A stretch of DNA of 64,000 bases. Origin: Gemmatimonadaceae bacterium. Its GTDB lineage: Bacteria > Gemmatimonadota > Gemmatimonadetes > Gemmatimonadales > Gemmatimonadaceae. Shown here piece after piece: positions 57,314 to 64,000 of this stretch (position 1 is its first letter; each line of letters begins with the position of its first letter). The DNA is taken from assembly GCA_044224875.1 (NCBI GenBank), contig JBGAJQ010000003.1:111534-175533 (forward strand), read 5' to 3'. The notes under the pieces are model-generated. The model saw only the letters and a program-made list of their open reading frames with translations. It was not told the origin of the DNA and searched no databases. The translations under genes were made by a program, and so were the position numbers.

Positions 57314-58218
57314 TGCCGCGCGTGTCGATTGTGGTGCCAACGCACAATCGCTTGCCACAGCTCAAACGCGCGGTGGCGTCGGCACTGTCGCAGACGCACG
57401 GAGATCGCGAACTGATTGTGGTGGACGATGCCTCGTCCGACGGCACCGCAGACTGGCTGGCTGACCAACCGGCTCTCCGCGCCGTACGAGCTGCTGGCGC
57501 TGGCGGGGCAGGGGCGGCTCGGAACCGCGGCATCGAGCAGGCAACCGGTGACTTCGTCGCGTTCCTTGACGACGACGACACGTGGCATACGACCTACCTG
57601 GAACGGCAAGTAGCTACCCTCTCGAGCCATCCCAGGGCCGCCCTTTCATTCGCTGGTCACATCGAGGTTGCAGCGGACGGGTCGACACGGCAGCCGGACA
57701 CCGTCGCGCTCATGCCCTATTCATGCCCGGTCGTCCGTATGCTCGCCGAGGGCTTCATTCACACGATGTCCGTCGTCATGTGCCGGCGACGCGTGTTCGA
57801 CTCGGTCGGTACGTTCGACGAAGCGTTGGCGATCGTCCAGGACTACGACTGGTACGCGAGACTGCTGGTCGCCGGCGAAACGATCGTGCCGTTGTCGGAG
57901 GTGCTGGTGAAACGTGCCGTTCCCGGGGGGTTGGTCACCAGGCACCATGCGTGGGTAAGCGAGGAGCGTCGCGTCGTGGAGAAGGTACTCGCGTCGGCGC
58001 GCATAAGTCACCCGGACGCGCAGCTGGTACGCGCCTATCGGTCGCTTTTCTTCGCTCACCTTGCCTTCGCTCGAGGAGATGTGAGGTTCGGGATGGCCAA
58101 CCTCTTGAACGCCCTGCAAATCTCGCCAATCCAGACGACACGCATCGCGGCACGTCGTCTCGCACGCCGCTTTGGACAAACGCCTAACGTGCAGTCTGAC
58201 CACGGGACTCCCTCATGA
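57313..58218 (+). CDS. Glycosyltransferase family 2
   Basis: TGATG overlap; VSIVVPTHNR, VVDDASSDGT, ARNRG, AFLDDDD, FDE.L..VQDYD. Confidence 0.92.
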   Translation: MPRVSIVVPTHNRLPQLKRAVASALSQTHGDRELIVVDDASSDGTADWLADQPALRAVRAAGAGGAGAARNRGIEQATGDFVAFLDDDDTWHTTYLERQVATLSSHPRAALSFAGHIEVAADGSTRQPDTVALMPYSCPVVRMLAEGFIHTMSVVMCRRRVFDSVGTFDEALAIVQDYDWYARLLVAGETIVPLSEVLVKRAVPGGLVTRHHAWVSEERRVVEKVLASARISHPDAQLVRAYRSLFFAHLAFARGDVRFGMANLLNALQISPIQTTRIAARRLARRFGQTPNVQSDHGTPS

Positions 58219-59552
58219 CCGCTTCGCCGACACCTTCCGCCGTCCTCGACGCGGCATTGGCCCTCGCGCTACCGGGCTCGCGTGCCGGGACGCCCGCGTA
58301 CGGCCCGACGTCGGCGCGCCCCATCACTCGCCGGGGCATCCTGTGGCTGGGACAAACCTGCAACCTGCGCTGCCAGTTCTGCTACTTCCTTGATCGCATC
58401 ACGAACGACGAGCACCCCGAACATCACTTCATGACGCTGGACAAGGCGAAGGCGATCTGTCAGACCCTCGTCGACTACTACCGCAACAATTCCATTGATA
58501 TCCAGGGCGGCGAACCCACGCTCTATCCGCAAATCTTCGACCTCGTCAGCTACTGCACCGACATCGGCCTTTCGCCGACCCTCATTACCAATGCGCAAGC
58601 GCTCTCCAATCGCGAGGTGGCCGCACGGTTTCGAGAGGCACGCATTCGCGACTTCCTGGTCAGCGTACAAGGCCTCGGCGACGTCTACGACCAGCTGGTT
58701 GGCCGAGCGGGCGCACACGTTCGGCAGATGAAGGGACTCCGAAACCTGCAGGAGGTGGGGATCCCGTTCAGGTTCAACACCGTGCTTTCCAAGGTGGCCC
58801 TTCCGCAGATCGCTGATATCGCCGAGCTAGCCATCCGAACCGGGGCACAGGTCGTGAACTTCCTCGGCTTCAACCCGTTCAATGACCAGACCACGGGAAA
58901 GCGGAGTGCGGACAACGTACCCTCGTACGCGGAGGTTGGTGCGGCGCTGGACCCTGTGCTGGACACCTTGGCAGCTGAGGGTGTCGAGGCCAACGTGCGA
59001 TATCTCCCGTTATGCATCGTCTCGGAGCGGCATCGCAGTTCGATGTATGACTTCCAGCAGATTCCATACGACCTGCACGAGAACGATTTCGCGAGCTGGT
59101 CGTGGACGGACCTCCCGGCGCAGCGCGTCCGTGACGAGGCCATGACGCCACCCTTTGGATTGGGGCCACGACTCAAACTCGGCGGACTGCGCGGTCCGGT
59201 GCGGCGCCTTGCCGCCGATCGTCCGGAACTCGCCAAGGTCTTGCATGGCGTGAAGCAGCGCATGGAACGCTATTGGGCCGCCGGTGAAAGCGCGTCGTCT
59301 CCCGATGAGCAGTATCGTGCCGAAGCGCGGATGCGCTCGCAGGAGTACACCGGATATCGTCACGTGAACGCGTGCGCCAGCTGCGACGTCAAGTCGATTT
59401 GCGACGGGTTCTATGGGGACTACACCGACTTTTTTGGCGAGGGCGAGGCACGTCCGATCATGATCGGACGGCGGGTGGACGATCCTCAGCATTTCACGCG
59501 ACACCAGGCGAAGCGCATTCACTCGCTGGACGCGGAGTGGGTTGGTCGTTAG
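58215..59552 (+). CDS. Radical SAM protein with C-terminal SPASM/twitch-like Cys cluster
   Basis: ATGA overlap; CNLRCQFC (CxxxCxxC), GGEPT, LITN, YLPLC, C-terminal CASCDVKSICDG. Confidence 0.9.
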   Translation: MTASPTPSAVLDAALALALPGSRAGTPAYGPTSARPITRRGILWLGQTCNLRCQFCYFLDRITNDEHPEHHFMTLDKAKAICQTLVDYYRNNSIDIQGGEPTLYPQIFDLVSYCTDIGLSPTLITNAQALSNREVAARFREARIRDFLVSVQGLGDVYDQLVGRAGAHVRQMKGLRNLQEVGIPFRFNTVLSKVALPQIADIAELAIRTGAQVVNFLGFNPFNDQTTGKRSADNVPSYAEVGAALDPVLDTLAAEGVEANVRYLPLCIVSERHRSSMYDFQQIPYDLHENDFASWSWTDLPAQRVRDEAMTPPFGLGPRLKLGGLRGPVRRLAADRPELAKVLHGVKQRMERYWAAGESASSPDEQYRAEARMRSQEYTGYRHVNACASCDVKSICDGFYGDYTDFFGEGEARPIMIGRRVDDPQHFTRHQAKRIHSLDAEWVGR

Positions 59553-60346
59553 GCCGATCTAGCCTCGTAGCCCCAGGACGCCAGCAAGGACGCGGCTCGC
59601 TCCTCGATCGTGGCCACGTCGCGGTCGGTGAGTCTTTGCCGGTAGCGACCTACGCTGGCAGTGTGCGGCAGGGATGCATCGAAGCCGTCAGCGGGAAGCT
59701 CGAGATGCCGGGCGATGGCGGCAATGGTCTCCGGTGCGCGATGGACGAGGTCGTCGTAGCGAAGGACGAGTGCATTCGTCTGCAGCCGCTGGACGTCGCC
59801 TAACGCCCTCATGATGCCTATCCAGTAGTCCGTGGCCTTTTCCACGGTATCGTACCTGGACGCCCACCGATGGCCGCGCCAGTCCCCGTGGTGGATGCGG
59901 TCGAGGATCGAAGCGACCACATCGCGCGGGTCGCGATGAATGAAGATGCATCGCGTGCGCGGCCGGTGAATGAACGGCGGGTACATCAGGACATAATCGG
60001 GATACTTGTCCCCCACAAACCGAGTGCCCGGATCCGCCAGCGCACCGTCGAGGGCGTCATGGATGCGATCGATCGTCACCAATTCCTGCCATCCGTATCC
60101 GCGGATGATGCGCGCCAGGTACCGATAGACCTGTCGACGGAACGCGGTGTCGCGAACGCGGTGGAATGGCGTCGTGAACGACTGATGCACGGCCGCGACG
60201 TGCGCCCAGGTTGAAAGGTCCGCGTACCGAAGGGCGCGGAGTTCTCGTGCCATCAGCTGCACCGCAGGATGGCTGTCGAGGAGGCGTTGAAGCAGGGACG
60301 TCCCGCCGCGCATGGCGCCGCCGACGACCAGCAGTTCGGCACTCAT
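59549..60346 (-). CDS. PAPS-dependent sulfotransferase family protein
   Basis: 5'-PSB loop GAMRGGTSLLQRLLDSHP, GDKYP, 3'-PB FIHRDPRDVVAS, LRYDDLV, SVGRY; stop overlaps rSAM stop convergently. Confidence 0.88.
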   Translation of the reverse strand: MSAELLVVGGAMRGGTSLLQRLLDSHPAVQLMARELRALRYADLSTWAHVAAVHQSFTTPFHRVRDTAFRRQVYRYLARIIRGYGWQELVTIDRIHDALDGALADPGTRFVGDKYPDYVLMYPPFIHRPRTRCIFIHRDPRDVVASILDRIHHGDWRGHRWASRYDTVEKATDYWIGIMRALGDVQRLQTNALVLRYDDLVHRAPETIAAIARHLELPADGFDASLPHTASVGRYRQRLTDRDVATIEERAASLLASWGYEARSA

Positions 60347-60597
60347 CGGCCGTTCGTCAGGCGGACGGTGCTGGGCGCGGGACGCGTCAGCGGACGCTTC
60401 ATACGGCGGTGGAGCGCAGCGATGGAACGAAGGGCATCCTGTGGTCTCGTCGGGGCATGAACGTTACCTTGCAACGAACGATACGCGGAAGAGCGGGATC
60501 ACTCTCTGCGCATCAGTCGTTCGGGGCTACAACATTCGGCCGCTCTCGACTACCACACACCAAAGAGCCGCGTGGCAATCTTGAATCGGGCCGACAC

Positions 60598-61296
60598 GTG
60601 ACGCTGCGCCAGCGCCCCGAATGGGGAACACTCCCAGTCCCGCCGTCGACCTACGGGACGTCCCACCTCGGATTGCCGCTGGAAGTCTGGCGCCCCACCG
60701 GCGCCTGCCGGCTCCTCATCTTTGCGGCCATTCACGGGGAAGAACCAGAAACAACCTACGCCCTCTCCCGCGCCCTCCGTCAGCTCAATGAGCCGTTGTC
60801 CGACTGTGCCGTTGTGTTGGCCGCGAACCCCGATGGACTGGTGCGAGGCACGCGCGGGAATGCTCGCGGCGTGGACCTCAACCGGAACTTTCCGACGAGC
60901 GATTGGCAGCCCAAACCCGTCACGCATCGGTCGACGCTGGAAGATGCCAGCGACATTCGGCTGAGCCCGGGTTCGCATCCGGGCTCGGAGCCCGAGGTGC
61001 AGGCTTTACTGGCCCTGATCGACGAGTTGCGGCCTCGCGCTGTCGTGGCCCTGCACGCGCCGCTGGCTTGCGTGGACGACGCCCAGGGCAGTGCGTTAGG
61101 CCGCCACCTCGCGCAGCGCAGCGGGATGCCACTCGTGCGCGACGTTGGCTATCCCACCCCCGGCTCGTTCGGGACGTGGGGGAGCGAGCATGGTGTCCTC
61201 GTGGTCACGTACGAGTTTCCGCTCGCCGCCACGGAGGTGCTGATGCGCGACCACGTCCCCATATTGGTGGAGCTGCTCACACAACCCGCACCCTGA
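60598..61296 (+). CDS. mpaA: Murein tripeptide amidase MpaA (M14 zinc carboxypeptidase)
   Basis: YGTSHLG.PL, AAIHGEE (HxxE), NPDG, RGNARGVDLNRNFPT, SEPE, ALHAPLAC, VGYPTPGSFGTW, TYEFP; start re-picked at GTG 60598. Confidence 0.88.
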   Translation: MTLRQRPEWGTLPVPPSTYGTSHLGLPLEVWRPTGACRLLIFAAIHGEEPETTYALSRALRQLNEPLSDCAVVLAANPDGLVRGTRGNARGVDLNRNFPTSDWQPKPVTHRSTLEDASDIRLSPGSHPGSEPEVQALLALIDELRPRAVVALHAPLACVDDAQGSALGRHLAQRSGMPLVRDVGYPTPGSFGTWGSEHGVLVVTYEFPLAATEVLMRDHVPILVELLTQPAP

Positions 61297-61310
61297 TCGG
61301 TCCCCTTCCC

Positions 61311-62543
61311 ATGGTCCTGAATTACATCTGGGTGGCGTTCTTCATCATCGCGCTCGTGGTCGCGTTGGTGCGCCTGATCTTCCTTGGCGATACGATGGTC
61401 TTCACCAAGATGGTGGAGTCCACCTTCGAGTCGGCAAAGACGGGATTCGAGATTTCGTTAGGCCTCACGGGCGTCCTGACGCTGTGGCTCGGCCTCATGA
61501 AAGTTGGGGAAAAGGGCGGGGCCATCGGGGTGCTGGCAAAGCTCGTCCGGCCATTCTTCACGCGACTCTTCCCCGAAGTGCCCGCCGATCATCCCGCCCA
61601 CGGGTCGATCATCATGAATTTCGCCGCCAATATGCTGGGGCTGGACAACGCGGCGACGCCCCTCGGGCTCAAGGCGATGCAGGAACTACAGGAGCTGAAT
61701 CCGGAAAAGGAAACGGCGACGAACGCCCAGATCATGTTCCTGGTGCTGAACACCTCCGGGCTCACAGTCATCCCGATCAGCATCATGACGTTTCGCGCCC
61801 AACTCGGCGCCGCGAATCCGTCCGACGTCTTTCTCCCCATCCTGCTCACGACCTACATCGCCACGGTGGTGGCGCTGATCGCCGTCGCCGTCGTACAGAA
61901 GATCAACCTGCTGGATCCTGTGGTCCTGGCGTACCTGGTGGGGCTGACGGGGCTGGTCGGCGGAGCGCTGTGGTACTTCCAGGGGCTGCCTCCCGATCGG
62001 GTGCAGGCGATCTCCAACGTGGTTGCCAACGTCACCCTGTACGGCGTGATTTCGTCGTTCATTCTGATGGGGGTCTTCAAACGCATCAACGTGTACGACG
62101 CGTTCATCGAGGGCGCCAAGGAAGGATTTCAGGTCGCCATTCGCATCGTGCCCTACCTCATCGCCATCCTGGTTGGCATCGGTGTGTTCCGCGCCTCGGG
62201 AACGCTCGACTACCTCGTCACCGGCATCGGAAACCTGTTTGCAGCGTTAGGCCTTCGGACCGACTTCATACCGTCCCTTCCCACGGCGCTCATGAAGCCC
62301 CTCAGCGGCAGTGGGGCGCGCGGCATGATGGTGGATGCCATGAAGACGTATGGTGCCGACTCCTTTGTCGGTAGGCTCGCCTGCGTGTTTCAGGGTGCGA
62401 CAGACACCACCTTCTATATTCTGGCGCTCTACTTCGGGTCCGTCGGTGTGCGGAAGACGCGGCATGCCGTGGCCACCGGGCTCATCGCCGACCTGGTCGG
62501 CGTCGTCGCCGGCATCATCATTGCCTACATCTTCTTTGGCTAA
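61311..62543 (+). CDS. Fused SpmA/SpmB (nucleoside-recognition Gate domain) membrane protein
   Basis: MVLNYIW, LWLGLMK, NMLGLDNAATPLGLKAM.ELQ, FLVLNTS, YDAFIEGAKEGF, KPLSGSGA, TDTTFYILALYFGSVG..KTRHA. Confidence 0.9.
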   Translation: MVLNYIWVAFFIIALVVALVRLIFLGDTMVFTKMVESTFESAKTGFEISLGLTGVLTLWLGLMKVGEKGGAIGVLAKLVRPFFTRLFPEVPADHPAHGSIIMNFAANMLGLDNAATPLGLKAMQELQELNPEKETATNAQIMFLVLNTSGLTVIPISIMTFRAQLGAANPSDVFLPILLTTYIATVVALIAVAVVQKINLLDPVVLAYLVGLTGLVGGALWYFQGLPPDRVQAISNVVANVTLYGVISSFILMGVFKRINVYDAFIEGAKEGFQVAIRIVPYLIAILVGIGVFRASGTLDYLVTGIGNLFAALGLRTDFIPSLPTALMKPLSGSGARGMMVDAMKTYGADSFVGRLACVFQGATDTTFYILALYFGSVGVRKTRHAVATGLIADLVGVVAGIIIAYIFFG

Positions 62544-62597
62544 CCTCGGCGCGGTCTTTCGGTCACGGCGCTCACTCGTCAGTTGGGCAGCCGTGAC

Positions 62598-64000
62598 ATG
62601 AGCTCCTCCGAATCATCGAGCGGGCCCGTCCTGGACAACGGGAACGTCCTGACCGACCTGGCGCCTAACGCGGTGCGCCGGATCCACCTGGTTGGCGTGG
62701 CCGGTACCGGCATGGGGGCATTTGCCGGCATGCTGAAGGCTGCGGGCCACATCGTGACGGGGAGCGACGAGAACGTCTATCCACCCATGAGCGACATGCT
62801 GCGCGAATGGGGGATCGAGGTGTTCACCCCATACGCCGCGGAGAATGTCGATCGCGCCAGGCCAGACCTGGTGATCATCGGGAACGTCATCCGTCGCGTG
62901 AATCCGGAAGCCACCGTGGTGCGCGAACGCCGCTTGCCGCAGATGAGCTTCCCGGCAGCGTTTGGAGCGCTCGTTGCAGCTGACAAGCACTCCGTCGTCA
63001 TCGTCGGCACGCACGGCAAGACGACGACATCGGCGTTGATGGGACACGTCCTTGCGCACTGCAACCTGGACCCGACGTTTCTCGTCGGCGGTGTGACGGT
63101 CAACTACGGCGGCAACTACCGTCTTGGCAACGGCCCCCACGTGGTGGTTGAAGGAGACGAGTACGACACCGCCTACTTCGACAAGGGGCCCAAGTTCTTG
63201 CACTATCGGGCTCGCACGGCGCTGCTCACCAGCATCGAGTTCGACCATGCGGACATCTATACGGACATGGCCCATTACGAGTCCGCCTATGAGCGTTTTT
63301 GTCGAACGTTACCGGCAGACGGCTGGTTGGGAGTGAGCGCCTCGTACACACGGGCCGTGGAGATTGCCCGCGCCACCTGCTCGGCCACGGTGGTGACGTA
63401 CGGTGTGCCACGCGACGTCGACATTCGGGTCGATGAGGTACACTTTGGTCCCGATGGGGCCCGCTTCACCCTCGAGGGGGCTAGTGGCGAACGGCAGGCG
63501 CTGCTGTTGCCGATGTCCGGGCACCACAACGTGGAGAACGCCACCGGTGTCTACGCCGCGGCACGGTCGTTAGGCTTGAGCGCCGACCAGGTGCGGTCGG
63601 CCTTCGCGTCGTTCCGGGGTGTGAAGCGCCGACAAGAACCGCGCGGAGAGGTTGGTGGCGTGCTGGTCATCGACGACTTCGCCCACCACCCCACCGCGGT
63701 GCGCGAGACCATCGCCGGCATCCGGCAACGCTATGCCGGTCGACGCCTGTGGGCAGTGTTTGAACCGCGGTCCAACACCAGCCGCCGCAACATCCACCAG
63801 GCCGAGTACGCCTCGGCGTTTGACCTGGCGGACATCGTCATGATTCGAACGCCGGAACCCCATGACAAGGTCCCCGCAGACCAGCAGCTGGATGTCGGAG
63901 CCATCATCCGATCGATCGCGGCACGCCGCATCGCCGCATCCGCGCGCTCCGACGTGACAGAAATGGTGGACATGGTGGCACAAGGCGCGCGTCCGAACGA
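62598..64000 (+). CDS. mpl: Murein peptide ligase Mpl (3' truncated by window edge; absent from the ORF track)
   Basis: Manual translation: RIHLVGVAGTGMG, TGSDENVYPPMS, GTHGKTTT, EGDEYDTAYFDKGPKF.HY, EFDHADIY, GVKRR, DDFAHHPTA, FEPRSNT. Confidence 0.9.
   Translation, partial: MSSSESSSGPVLDNGNVLTDLAPNAVRRIHLVGVAGTGMGAFAGMLKAAGHIVTGSDENVYPPMSDMLREWGIEVFTPYAAENVDRARPDLVIIGNVIRRVNPEATVVRERRLPQMSFPAAFGALVAADKHSVVIVGTHGKTTTSALMGHVLAHCNLDPTFLVGGVTVNYGGNYRLGNGPHVVVEGDEYDTAYFDKGPKFLHYRARTALLTSIEFDHADIYTDMAHYESAYERFCRTLPADGWLGVSASYTRAVEIARATCSATVVTYGVPRDVDIRVDEVHFGPDGARFTLEGASGERQALLLPMSGHHNVENATGVYAAARSLGLSADQVRSAFASFRGVKRRQEPRGEVGGVLVIDDFAHHPTAVRETIAGIRQRYAGRRLWAVFEPRSNTSRRNIHQAEYASAFDLADIVMIRTPEPHDKVPADQQLDVGAIIRSIAARRIAASARSDVTEMVDMVAQGARPN

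Noticed and set aside
54732..60346. Analogy to plant glucosinolate biosynthesis (FMO + glycosyltransferase + sulfotransferase)
   Set aside because: Plant pathway uses GT1 UGTs, CYP79/83 and a C-S lyase; here the GTs are GT2 and those enzymes are absent
54544..60362. 9-bp direct repeat TCGTCAGGC (54544-54552 and 60354-60362) flanking the FMO-sulfotransferase cassette as a possible target-site duplication
   Set aside because: Short and GC-rich, would cut off the sulfotransferase promoter, and no mobility gene is present; compatible with chance
1..64000. Hundreds of overlapping antisense or alternate-frame ORFs in the track (e.g. 6811-7962, 31746-32939, 36007-37050, 39774-40832)
   Set aside because: Arg/Pro/Ala-rich shadow ORFs expected in high-GC DNA; they overlap genes with clear family motifs and have none of their own
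1..64000. CRISPR array, tRNA/rRNA, integrase or IS element
   Set aside because: No regularly spaced repeats, cloverleaf or rRNA signatures, or recombinase/transposase motifs seen by eye; a covariance-model search was not possible

Overview
High-GC (roughly 65% by eye) bacterial chromosomal window with about 50 CDS and no rRNA, tRNA, CRISPR array, integrase or transposase that I could recognise. The gene repertoire suggests Gemmatimonadota or a similar soil/sludge lineage (inference only): many secreted S9 peptidases and amidohydrolases, a VPS10/BNR glycosyl-hydrolase-like protein, Tat-signal TldD, and a PadR plus duplicated-permease pair. Recognisable blocks are secreted peptidases and hydrolases (1.5-25 kb), VOC/AraC/GyrI/Fsr detoxification genes, and a non-phosphorylative L-fucose-type catabolic operon with a sugar ABC transporter (36.5-44 kb). 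There is also an ALDH / two-subunit ThDP decarboxylase / PrpD / CoA-transferase cluster (48-53.5 kb) and peptidoglycan-recycling genes (M15 peptidase, mpaA, SpmA/B fusion, mpl running off the end). Two candidates stand out as possibly undescribed systems. The first is a coupled two-gene module at 30990-34660: a degenerate CHAT (caspase-like) domain fused to a Cys-His-Glu transglutaminase-like domain, followed by a lipase-type alpha/beta hydrolase. The second is a compact FMO-GT2-GT2-radical SAM operon with a convergent sulfotransferase (54732-60346), sitting inside the peptidoglycan-recycling region. All family calls are from motif reading, not database searches. Start codons were re-picked by eye where the ORF track over-extends.
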